Below, piece after piece: positions 19,974 to 29,528 of a DNA stretch of 64,000 nucleotides. This stretch comes from an uncultured Holophagales bacterium. GTDB taxonomy: Bacteria > Acidobacteriota > Thermoanaerobaculia > Multivoradales > UBA5704. The first letter of the stretch is position 1. Every line of letters begins with the position of its first letter. The notes below the pieces were generated by a model. The model searched no databases, was not told the DNA's origin, and saw nothing but the letters and a program-made list of their open reading frames with translations. The stretch spans positions 1,120,001-1,184,000 of the forward strand of contig CAWJGT010000009.1 of assembly GCA_963842525.1 (NCBI GenBank). The letters run 5' to 3'. The position numbers and the translations under genes are program-made.

Positions 19974-20198
19974 TCAAAGCACGATGCAGAAGGGGTCGCA
20001 CGAGCCGCAGTAGACCGGATTGCTTCCGTCGTCGCAGGCGTAGTATCTGCACTCCCTCTGGAGCTCTGGACCGCAGGGGAAGCACTCCGAGGTGACATAG
20101 AGGCAAAACGGGTCTGCCGTCGCCGTTGTCGAGCCTGCGAGGGTGATGACAGCGAGCATCGCCAGCAGAGCGAAGAATCGGAGACAGGTCTTACGCAC
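19974..20198 (-). CDS. small secreted cysteine-rich peptide
   Basis: AAGGAGG RBS, GTG start, signal peptide ending ATA, mature region with 8 Cys. Confidence 0.8.
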   Translation of the reverse strand: MRKTCLRFFALLAMLAVITLAGSTTATADPFCLYVTSECFPCGPELQRECRYYACDDGSNPVYCGSCDPFCIVL

Positions 20199-20350
20199 AG
20201 GGCACCTCCTTCCGCACGCAGCGGGGCAGTGGGTAGTCTATAAGAAACGGTGTGACAGCGCGCCGAACCGGGACGGCAGCACGCTCCTCTGCCGGCTTAT
20301 GCCGTGGATGCGCGAGCTTCACTCGCCTCGCAGTGCAGCGCGTGCGCCGG

Positions 20351-20383
20351 CCTCGGACATGACCTATCCCGTCCAGGCAGCAG
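20351..20383 (+). repeat. 33-bp exact copy of DUF3800 internal sequence 19289-19321
   Basis: cctcggacatgacctatcccgtccaggcagcag occurs at both positions. Confidence 0.9.
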
Positions 20384-21600
20384 GCCTGAAGAGCAGCCAG
20401 CGGTCGAGAACGGCCGCCAGGTCGGTGATCTGGAACGGTTTCGTCAGATAGTCGTTCATTCCCGCCGCGAAGCAACGATCAACCTCCTCTTTCAAGGCGG
20501 AGGCGGTCACCGCGATGATCGGTAGGTTGCCGCAATTTGTCTTGCAGGCGCAGGCGGCGCGTCGCCTCGTAACCATCCATCACCGGCATGCGGCAATCCA
20601 TCAACACTGCGTCGAAGCGCTCCTGGGAGAAAGCGGTCACGGCCTCCAGACCCGTTGTCCACCACCGTACAGCGGTAGCCCAGGATCTCGAGCTGGCGGG
20701 TGATGATCATGCGATTGACCGCGTCGTCGTCGGCCATGAGGATGCGGAAGCGCGCGCGCAGCGCCTCCTGTGGCATCCGCAGCTCGGCGACCCCCCAGGA
20801 GGCACTGCGGTCAGGGCCGGCTCCCAGGCGCGGTCGAATGGCAGGACGAACCGGAAGGTCGAGCCCTTGCCCGGTGCGCTTGCGAGAGGCGTTGTCCAAC
20901 ACCAGGGCTCCGAACACCTGGCCGCCGGAAATCAGCGGCACCCCCAGAAGGGACTTCACTCCGAAGGCGGTGACCCAATCCTGATGAACCAGCTCCGATC
21001 CCCGGGCATCGGCAATCGCCAGGGGCCGGCGGGCGCGCGCCACGGCGTCGACGAACGGCATCTTGCCGGCACGGCGGCGCGCCATCGCTTTGAACCGTTC
21101 CCACGCCCCGGGCTCGGCGACGTCCCGGACCATCTGCGACGTCGCCGGGGTGACCTCGCCGGTGGCGGCGTTCCACAAGAAGACCGCGCAGCGGTCCGCC
21201 TGGCACAGTTCCGCCGTCTTCAAGCAGACCTCCCGCAGGAGCGCCCGTGCGTCGCCCCCGGACCCCACGACGCGAGCAATTTCGGACAGCTTGTCGAGCT
21301 GCGAGCGGCCGGCCTCCTGCTCTCCGCTGAGAGAGGCGACCAAGGGGGCCGCCAGGGCGGCATAGGCTCGGAGGGTCGCGAGATCCTCGCCGGAGAGCGG
21401 CGCGCCTGCCGTGTGCGTCACGAGGGCTCCCCGCACGGCGCCGTGCACACGGACCGACAGCAGCGCCACCGAGGGTGCGGGCTGCGGATCACCGAGGCCG
21501 CCGCTGTCCCAGGGCGCGAGCCACGGCGAGGCAAGGGCGACCTCGTCCGCCTCGGATCGCGGTGCTGCGCCGCTGCGCCTGGCCCGCCAGATGTCCGCCT
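20364..21600 (-). pseudogene. remnant hybrid sensor kinase: GAF + last HATPase strand + receiver; kinase core deleted
   Basis: GAF (SLLGVPLISGGQVFGAL) joins near 20880 to SAPGKGSTFRFVLP in another frame, then RILMADDDAVN..PIIAVTA..GMNDYLTKP. Confidence 0.7.
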
Positions 21601-21663
21601 TACTTGCGCTTTGGGCCTCCTTGAGCTACGATGACTGCCAACCTGTCAACCAGGAGGCTTGTC

Positions 21664-22098
21664 ATGAACAGGGGTCTACAGAAGCCGTCGGCTGCTTTCA
21701 TCGGTGCGTCGTGGGCAGTTCTGCTGATCGGGGCGGTCGCCTATCTGATCGGCCTGTGGAACGCCGACATGCAACTGAACGAGAAGGGCTATTACTTCAC
21801 GATCCTCATGTACGGGCTTTTTGCCGCCGTCTCTCTCCAGAAGAGCGTTCGCGACCGAGTGGAGGGCATCCCCGTCACGAGCATCTATTTTGCGCTTTGC
21901 TGGGTCTCGCTGGGGATCGCAGTCGTGCTCCTGGCTGTGGGGCTGTGGAATGCCCCGCTGGCTCCGAGTGAAAAGGGTTTCTACGCGATGTCCTTCGTGC
22001 TGAGCCTCTTTGCCGCGGTCGCCGTGCAGAAGAACATCCGTGACGTTGCTGTTTTTGGAGATGACGGGCCTCAGGCCAGAGAAGGGGACGATGTCTGA
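21664..22098 (+). CDS. yiaA: inner membrane protein YiaA
   Basis: Two repeats of GLWNA...EKG(Y/F)Y...QK..RD. Confidence 0.92.
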   Translation: MNRGLQKPSAAFIGASWAVLLIGAVAYLIGLWNADMQLNEKGYYFTILMYGLFAAVSLQKSVRDRVEGIPVTSIYFALCWVSLGIAVVLLAVGLWNAPLAPSEKGFYAMSFVLSLFAAVAVQKNIRDVAVFGDDGPQAREGDDV

Positions 22099-22153
22099 CC
22101 CCTCCGCCGTCCGTTGAGGCCGTGGCGGCGTTCGACCGCCGGTAGGGCGGAGC

Positions 22154-22786
22154 CTACTGCACCACCCGGGCCTTCAGGCGGTCCGGATACTGCTTGCGCA
22201 ATTTTTCCACCTTGGGCGCGGCCGTGTACTGGATGTACGGCTGCATGGGATTGCGCGCCGCGTAGTCCTGGTGGTACGACTCGGCACGGTAGTAGGCCTC
22301 CAGGGGCTCCAACCGCGTCGCGATCGGCGCGCCGAGCACGCCGGCTTCGTCGAGCTGCCGGATGTAGGCCTCGGCAATCCGCTTTTGCTCCTCGTCCGCG
22401 TAGAAGATGGACGAGCGGTACTGCCGGCCGCGGTCCGCGCCCTGGCGGTCGACCTGGGTCGGATCATGGGCGACCGAGAAGAAGACCTTGAGCAACTGGC
22501 CGAAGCTCACCCGGGTGGGATCGAAATGCACCTCGATGGCCTCCGCATGGTCCGTCCGGCCTGAGCAGACTGCCTGGTAGTCGGCCGTCTCGGCCGTGCC
22601 GCCCGCATAGCCCGAGGTCACGTCCAGCACGCCGTCGATCTCCTTGTAGACGGCTTCGACGCACCAGAAACAGCCGCCGGCCAGCACCGCCGTCTGCGGG
22701 CTGGCGTTCGGGTCCGGGGTGATATCGAGCAACGGATCGGGAAAGTCGTTCGGCTTCACACGGGGGATGTCACAACTGAGGTCCAT
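22154..22786 (-). CDS. msrA: peptide-methionine (S)-S-oxide reductase
   Basis: GGCFWCVE, GYAGG, HDPTQ..RQG.D.G.QYRS, AESYHQDY. Confidence 0.95.
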   Translation of the reverse strand: MDLSCDIPRVKPNDFPDPLLDITPDPNASPQTAVLAGGCFWCVEAVYKEIDGVLDVTSGYAGGTAETADYQAVCSGRTDHAEAIEVHFDPTRVSFGQLLKVFFSVAHDPTQVDRQGADRGRQYRSSIFYADEEQKRIAEAYIRQLDEAGVLGAPIATRLEPLEAYYRAESYHQDYAARNPMQPYIQYTAAPKVEKLRKQYPDRLKARVVQ

Positions 22787-22850
22787 GGTGTTCCTCCTTG
22801 ACGCCCATTGTACGACGGGCGTCAAGGAGGGGATTCACCGGCAGGTTACC

Positions 22851-25384
22851 TCACTGGCTGAACGTGGCGGTGCAGGTTCTGGCGGCATCGACCGTCACGT
22901 ACGCCACGAAGGGGAGCTCCGCATCGGCCACGCAATCGCCGCGCCACCCGGCGAAGACGGAGTCCGCGCGTGCCGTGAGCCTCACCTGGATCCCTGTCGT
23001 GTAGGAGGCGCTGCAAACGCCTGGACAGTTGATGCCCGCGGGCGAGCTGGTCACCGTGCCGCCGCCCGTGCCGGCGAGGTCGACGGTGAGCGTCGAGGTC
23101 TCCTGCGGCAGCAGGTTGAAGATGGCCACACAGCTCACGTTTCCCCCGCCGTCGAGGAAGCCGTCGAGGCAGTCGCCGCTGCCGCTCCAGCCGGCGAATT
23201 GCGAGCCGGGATCCGCGGCCGGGATGAGCTCGACGCGCTGGAAGGCCGGGAACGTGGCCTGGCATACGGTGCCGCAGTCGATGCCCGCCGGGGAGCTGCA
23301 CCACCGTGCCGTTGCCGGATCCGGAGACGCTCACCGAAACCGTGACGTCGCCGGCCGGCGGCGTGTCCAGGTCGAACGTGGCGATGCAGCTCTTGTCGGC
23401 GTCCGGCGTGAGCTGGCCGTCGGCGCAGTCGGCGTCCCCCGACCAGCCGGCGAAGACCGAGCCCTCGTCCGGGACCGCGAACAGGAAGATCGAGCCCGCG
23501 GAGCCGAAGCCGGCGGAGCAGACGATGCCGCAGTCGATCCCCTCCGGCTGGCTGGAGACCTGGCCGCTGCCGGCGCCCTGCCTGGTGACCGTCACTCGCA
23601 CGCTGACTGGACGCACGGTGATGGAGACCATGCCGGTGGCGCAGCCCGTGCTGACGCAGGCGTCGAAGGTGAAGCTGTCGGCGCCGCTGAACCCCGCGGC
23701 CGGCGTATAGGTGACGAGCTGTGCGTTCGGGTCGCCCGCGACAGGAGTCAGCGGTCCGAGCGTGCCATGGGCCGGCGGCGTCGCGATCGAGATCTGCACC
23801 GTCTCTTCCAGGGTCGTCGAGCCGCGCAGTGTGATGTCGAGGGCCGTTCCCTGATCGGTGGTCACCGATTGGTTGACGGCTTCGACGTCGGCGCTGCCGC
23901 TCTCGTCGCTGACGTTGACCGTCACCACGGCCGTCGCCGTGCCGCCGCTGGCGTCCTCCACCTGGAAGGTGAAGGAGTCGGTGCCGGTGAAGCCCTCGGC
24001 CGGCGAGTAGGTGGTCCTGGCGCTGGTGTCGGACAGGGTGGTGGGCGGATCGGTCACGGTACCGTGCTCCGGTCCGGCGGTGATCGAGAAGGTGAGGGGC
24101 AGATTTTCAGGGTCTGCGCTGCCGGTGAGGGTGATCACCACCGGCGTGTCGAGGAGCGTTGCCACCGTCTGCGCATCGGCGAAGGTGCCCCCCAGTTGCT
24201 CGAGGATCGTGATGTTGACTGAAGCGGTGTCGCACAGCGGCGGCACGGCGTCGTCACAGGCCTCATAGACGAACGCATCGCTCGTTCCCGCGCTGCCGTC
24301 GTGGGTGTAGGTGAACGTGCCGTCGGCATGCAGCACGACCGTGCCGTGGCTGGGGCCGGAGACCGGGGACGTGGTCACCGTCAAGGGGTCCAGGTCCGGA
24401 TCGCTGTCGTTGGCCAGCAGGCTCGCCTCCTCCGAGTCGAGCACCGAGACCGCACCCCTCTCCGCGACCGTGGCGGCATCGTCCACCGCCAGCGGCGGAT
24501 GATTGAAGAATGCGCTCGCCAACGTTACCTGCACGTTGATCCCGACGTCCACGTCACGGCCCAGGAAAGCGCCGGTCGCCACGGTGCCCTGGCGCAGCCA
24601 CAGCGTGCCGTTGGGCACGTAGAAGTTGGCGCGCACCGTGCTGCTGATCCCGAGGTGAGCCGCCTTGGGAGTCGCGCCGAGGTTTCCCGTGCTGCCGTTG
24701 ATGCCCGCCACGTAGAAAATGACGTCGGCGGCCGTCAGCCCGGCGGCGGGATCCGGACCGACGAAGCTGTCCTGCTCGACGCGGAGCTTCCCGGCCACCC
24801 GCACCGTCGCGGGCGCGAGGAAGACGAAGGTCACCGAGGGCCCGGTATCGATCTCCCGCAGGTTGTATACGCCGCCGGTGAAGCGGACGATCCCGCCGGA
24901 GCGGACGTCGAGGAGCCCATAGTCCCCGGCCTGGAGATCGAGCATCTCGTCCTGGCCCACCAGCACATCGGGCCCCTCCGACGGACCGGTGAAAAAGCGC
25001 GGCAGAGTCGTAAAGACCGGCAATCCCAGCGGTGTGCAGGTGACGCTGCCGCTGCCGTCGTCGAGGTCGTTGCAGAAGACGTCTCCGCCGGCCACGGCGC
25101 TCTGTCTCACCCGGATGCTGTCGGCTTTGAGCGCATAGCCGGCCGGAGTGTGCACACCCAGACCGACCGTCAGCTCCTTCTGGGAAGCTCAGGGTGGGAC
25201 CCGGGCTCGCGGCGTTGACGATCACATCTCCGCTCAACACCTCCGAGCCTTGTTCGAGGAAAACACTATTGGTTGCGAAAATCACGGCTCGCGGAAAATC
25301 TGGGGAGAGTGCCGCCTCGGCGGGAGCGGCGCTGAGGAGCGCGAGAATCAAGAGCAGGGCGCTTGACAGGGTGGGCCTGTGCAT
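22851..25384 (-). CDS. secreted adhesin-like protein (beta-solenoid, Big_9/cadherin-like repeats, divergent InlB-B repeats); two frameshifts
   Basis: Signal peptide MHRPTLSS.., PLAVDD..LLANDSDPD..GTFTYTH, FTGTDSFTF, and three G.G.V.S.P.GI.C...C repeats. Confidence 0.8.
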
Positions 25385-25606
25385 CGCGGGTCTCCTTTCT
25401 CGGGAACGTTGGTCAACCTGGACATCACGAAATCTCCGACCGGGGCCGTGGGAAGCCACCGTATTCGAAGAAAAAGAGATAAAAAGACAGCGGACCGATC
25501 CGTCCCGCCGGGCAGCGTGAGCTTCGGTACCTTGGCCGGTCAATACCTCATGTATCACAGGTGGGGCGGTCTGTCCAACCCGAATCTGCTTTTTGTCTTC
25601 TCTTTG

Positions 25607-26926
25607 TCAACCCGCCGCCGCGTTCTTCCGCACGTGCTCGGCCGTGCCGTAGCGGTCGAGATAGATGCCCTCACGGAGCTGGGTAAAGGCCTCGTACAGA
25701 TCGGCGATGTCGTCCTGGCTGAGGTCGGGGAGGGTGAGGATCGACTCGCGGTGGTTGGCCGGCCGATCTAGGTAATCCTCTGGCAGATAACCCCGGTCGA
25801 GGCAGAGCTGGAAGAGGTGGGTGCCGGGATAGGGATAGAAGACGAAATAGCCGAAGTCGTCGGCCGGCAGCTCCGCGGCGAGAGTCAGGGTCTCCAGGGC
25901 CTCGTCCCGCGTTTCGCCCGGCAGGCCCATCATGTAGTTGGCCGTGACCAGCATGCCGGCGTCCTTGGTCCACTGGAAGACGTCCGCGAAGCGCTGGTTG
26001 GTCACCGGCCGGCGCAGCACCTCCCGGCGCAGCCGCTCGCTGCCGCTCTCGACGCCATAGACCACGTGCCGGCAGCCTGCTTCGGCGAGGAGTTGGAGGA
26101 GCCCCTCGTCGACCGTCTCCACCCGGGCATGGATGGAGAAGGGGACGCGCAGCTCTGGGCCGTAGCGGTGGCAGAATTCCTCGACCCACGGGCGCTGGAT
26201 CGTGAATGTGTCGTCCAGGAAGATCACATACGACAGACCGCCCGACGCGGCGAGCCCATGAAGCTCGGCCAGCACACTCTCGTGCGAGCGCCGCCTGCCA
26301 TAGCGGCCGACGTCCTGGTACAGCTCGTTGTAGTTGCGGGCCGCACAGTAGGTGCAGGGGAAGGGGCACCCCCGCTGCGTCGTCATGTGGACGACCCCGG
26401 ACGGCTCGTCCAGCAGGTCGCGGGCCAGAAACGGCAGATCGTCGAGCGGCTCGAAAGGCGGCCGCAGCACCGGCCGGCCGCCTCCCCGCACCTGGAGGTT
26501 GTCGATCTGCCCCGGCCGGATTTCTGCACCTGCATCGAGAGCCGCGAGCAGATCGCGGAAAGTCTCTTCTCCTTCGCCGAGGCAGACATAGTCGAACCCC
26601 GGGCTCCCCAGGACCTCCTCCGCCGAGAAGGTCGGATGAAGCCCGCCGGCCACGACCGGGACGTCGATCTCTTCCCGGATCTCCCGCACCAGCCTTTGCG
26701 CCCGTTTCCACTGCCGGGTGGTCAGCGACAGGGCCAGCAGGTCCGGAGGCCATTCTCCGATCCCGGCGACCACCTCGGCCGCAGTCGTGCCCACCGGCAC
26801 CCGCAGCATCTCCACCTCGTGCCCGAGCGGGCGGACGAACGCGGCGAGAAACGCCGGCCCCATGGACGCGGTGGCCCACTCGCTGTCGGTCTCGAGCTCG
26901 AGGAAGAGGGCTCTCATGCCCATCAT
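25607..26926 (-). CDS. B12-binding domain radical SAM protein
   Basis: VVAGGLHPT, GEGEET, RGCPFPCTYC, FLDDTF, GVESGS, MMGLPGET. Confidence 0.92.
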   Translation of the reverse strand: MMGMRALFLELETDSEWATASMGPAFLAAFVRPLGHEVEMLRVPVGTTAAEVVAGIGEWPPDLLALSLTTRQWKRAQRLVREIREEIDVPVVAGGLHPTFSAEEVLGSPGFDYVCLGEGEETFRDLLAALDAGAEIRPGQIDNLQVRGGGRPVLRPPFEPLDDLPFLARDLLDEPSGVVHMTTQRGCPFPCTYCAARNYNELYQDVGRYGRRRSHESVLAELHGLAASGGLSYVIFLDDTFTIQRPWVEEFCHRYGPELRVPFSIHARVETVDEGLLQLLAEAGCRHVVYGVESGSERLRREVLRRPVTNQRFADVFQWTKDAGMLVTANYMMGLPGETRDEALETLTLAAELPADDFGYFVFYPYPGTHLFQLCLDRGYLPEDYLDRPANHRESILTLPDLSQDDIADLYEAFTQLREGIYLDRYGTAEHVRKNAAAG

Positions 26927-26928
26927 CT

Positions 26929-27585
26929 TCACTTTATGGCGCTGCGGCGCAACCTTTCGGCCAGAGAGTCCCGGAAGCTCTCCAACTGGTCTGAGGTGAG
27001 GGGCTCCAGCATCGCGGGCAAGGGGCGTGTCGGAAACTGAGCGAGGAGCCACGCCAGCACACCCGGATCGATTCCAGAGTCCTTGCGCAAAGCGATTTCG
27101 AGGTCGTTCTCGGGAGGAAATCCGGCCTGATCGAGGAAATAGAGGTCGACGAGATCACGAGGCTCGGAGCGCGAGAGGATACAAGTCAGCTTGCTCGCTC
27201 GCAGGTCGGTGAGCGATTCGATGACAATCCCTTCGACCGGCGGCGGTGGAGCCGCAATGTCGGCGACGGGCTCGTGGACCACATCGACCTCAACGCTGTT
27301 TCCGTCCCGAGCCTGGAGTTGCGCACGCACGAGGTGACCCACGTCGCGCAGCAGGGTGACAGCGATTCCGGCATCTGCTCCCGCCCCGGGGAGAAACCCG
27401 ACGAGAGCCCGCATGTCCTCGGCGTCATGGACGAAAAGATCGATGTCTCCGGTCATCCGATGGCCAAGATACACCCCGGCAAGAGCCGCACCGCCACCCA
27501 GGTGGCAGGGGATACGCATCTGGCACACACGCACAAAGTCGAGGACGAAATCCGGGACGACCCGACGATCAAAGGTCTTACGCAT
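26929..27585 (-). CDS. AbiEii-type nucleotidyltransferase toxin
   Basis: LGGGAAL..YLGHRMTGDIDLF, ASKL, R.EPRDLVDLY. Confidence 0.88.
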   Translation of the reverse strand: MRKTFDRRVVPDFVLDFVRVCQMRIPCHLGGGAALAGVYLGHRMTGDIDLFVHDAEDMRALVGFLPGAGADAGIAVTLLRDVGHLVRAQLQARDGNSVEVDVVHEPVADIAAPPPPVEGIVIESLTDLRASKLTCILSRSEPRDLVDLYFLDQAGFPPENDLEIALRKDSGIDPGVLAWLLAQFPTRPLPAMLEPLTSDQLESFRDSLAERLRRSAIK

Positions 27586-27601
27586 CAGGTCTTACGCATC
27601 A
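27574..27601. repeat. 14-bp tandem duplication at the antitoxin/toxin junction
   Basis: ggtcttacgcatca x2. Confidence 0.9.
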
Positions 27602-27945
27602 CCTGCCCGGATTTGTCGTAGTGGCGGCCACTCGGGCGGCGGGAGCTTCAGCAGCCAAGCCCACATCTGTCGTGAGCGCCCCAGATACCGGATCAGGCGT
27701 GGCCAGAGTGCCCGGATTTCGTCGGGAGTGACGAAAAGCCAGACATCCCGGGTGTTGGCCTCCCGCAGGAGGGCACCCATCCAGTAGGCGCGCTCTTCCG
27801 GATCGGACGAGACGAGGTGCTCTTTAAGCTGGCCGACTGTAGCGGTCGTCCACCAAAGAAAGTACGGCCGCGCCTTATCGTCCAGGAGAGAATCCGTGGT
27901 CGGTGGCAGGCGGCCTGCCGGCAGGGTGAGATTCGTGCTACTCAT
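27592..27945 (-). CDS. putative antitoxin partner of AbiEii
   Basis: RPYFLW..ALLREA..DVWLF; directly upstream of the toxin. Confidence 0.65.
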   Translation of the reverse strand: MSSTNLTLPAGRLPPTTDSLLDDKARPYFLWWTTATVGQLKEHLVSSDPEERAYWMGALLREANTRDVWLFVTPDEIRALWPRLIRYLGRSRQMWAWLLKLPPPEWPPLRQIRAGDA

Positions 27946-28063
27946 CGCAATGTATTCCAGGAAGTACCCTACACGAGCAGTGGCAAGAAACCCAGCCGAT
28001 CCCCCCCTTTGTGAAAAGGGCCTTTGTCGCAAAGCCCCGCCAGACACCTCCTCTCCGGCGCCA

Positions 28064-28661
28064 TTTGTCGCACCGTTCCTCTACAAGGTCGCACTGCCTG
28101 CGCCCATTGCGACGTTGTTCGCAGGCAACGTTGCACTGTCTTGAGTCAATGCCGCAATGGGCGCGCACAATGTTGCATTGCGCGGAGGCAGTGCAACATT
28201 GGTCCGTGTCAGATAGGGGTGGGTGGATCTCGGGAAGCCTCAGCCAGCCGAGATCGTCGCACGGATCGCTCTCCTCTCCGGACCGCTCACCCTGAACATC
28301 GCACAAGGGCTCGGTAAAGTCGCTTTGTCTGGACGTAATGCGACATTATCCAACTTCTTTGTCGCGCTGATCTCGCGGATGGTGGCGTTGGGCGGTCAGA
28401 TTGTCGCAATTGTTGGTGGCTCTGCGACATTGCTCTGCAAATTCCTCCCTTAGGAAGGAGCCGCTGTCTTGCGGAACGGTGGCAATGTCGCAATAGACGC
28501 GAACAATGAGAGGGTGTCAGACGAAGCACCGTCTCTTGCGGCCTCTTTGCAGAGAGCCGCGGGAGGAATGCGACATTGCATGAGCTAAGTGCGACATTCA
28601 GTGCGGGCAAGGCTTTATTGTCGCACGGCAATGTCGAGATGATGGGGGGTAGTGCGACATT
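28064..28661. repeat. 21-bp-period array, degenerate palindromic core AATG(TCG/CGA)CATT with variable 10-bp spacers
   Basis: Cores at 28064-28190 (7 cores), 28295-28421 (7), 28484, and 28567-28651 (5), spaced 21 bp within blocks. Confidence 0.8.
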
Positions 28662-28867
28662 GACGGGAGGCGGAATGGGGGCGAGCCTGTCCATTGCAGA
28701 GATGCTGGCGCAATTGGAGACGAAGATCGCGCACACCGCCATGGCCGACGCGAGCGGATGAACCCGGCGTGCCCTCAGAAGCGGCAACGATGTCAGGCTT
28801 CCCCGGACAGGCTCGCGCGCTGTCATGGAGACGGCGCGGCGGGTCCCTCAGAGAGGAGAAGCCTCAA

Positions 28868-29146
28868 ATGTCCCAGATCCCCCGCTGGACCGCTGCCGCC
28901 CTGGCCGTCCTGTTCCTGACCACAGGTGCTGCTCAGGCCCTCCCGGCCTCTCCGCCGCCCGCCGCACCCGAGCCCGCCGGCTGGCTCGACACCCTCCTGG
29001 CTTGGCTCACCGGCTACCCCAACGGCGTTACCGGCGACGAGGGCTGGGGCATGGGCCCCAACGGTATCGCCGGCGACGAAGGTTGGGGGATGGACCCCAA
29101 CGGCCTCACCAGCGACGAGGGTGTGGAGATGGACCCCAACGGCTGA
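28868..29146 (+). CDS. secreted precursor peptide with three 13-aa xxGDEGWGMDPNG-type repeats
   Basis: GAGGAG RBS, signal peptide ending AQA, GWLDTLLAWL helix, 39-bp DNA repeats, ends DPNG-stop. Confidence 0.85.
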   Translation: MSQIPRWTAAALAVLFLTTGAAQALPASPPPAAPEPAGWLDTLLAWLTGYPNGVTGDEGWGMGPNGIAGDEGWGMDPNGLTSDEGVEMDPNG

Positions 29147-29291
29147 ATGGCCGGCAGCGCTGACAGGCACCACCTGGAGGGGCTCCGGACGCCGGTTCCG
29201 GCTTCCGGCGCCCTTCGCCCATTCTCCCTCTTGCGGTCTTCCTTGTCGCGGGTATACGATCCTCCAAGTACGATACACGGAAGCCGAGATC

Positions 29292-29528
29292 ATGGACGAC
29301 TTCGATGAGCCCTATACCGGCATCCTGGAGCGGCTGCGGCCCGTGCTGGAACGGATCTTCGCCGCCTACGGGATCTCCGAAGCCCAGGCCCAAGACATGT
29401 TGGAGAGCGCCAGCCGTCTCCTTCTCCTGCTGCGGGTGCCGGTGGAGGAGGCGGAGAGCTGGCTGGTCCGGACCCTCGTCGAAAGGTGCCAGATGCTCTC
29501 GGGCGTCCAGAGAGGAGGCCGGCGGTGA
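29292..29528 (+). CDS. 78-aa ECF sigma region 2-like protein lacking region 4
   Basis: ISEAQAQDMLESA...AESWLVRTLVERC resembles the AEDL.Q...WL pattern of ECF sigma2; GTGA overlap with the next gene. Confidence 0.55.
   Translation: MDDFDEPYTGILERLRPVLERIFAAYGISEAQAQDMLESASRLLLLLRVPVEEAESWLVRTLVERCQMLSGVQRGGRR

Noticed and set aside
20186-20198. 13-mer caggtcttacgca shared with 27586-27598 (both genes start MRKT)
   Set aside because: Too short, no extended similarity; probably chance
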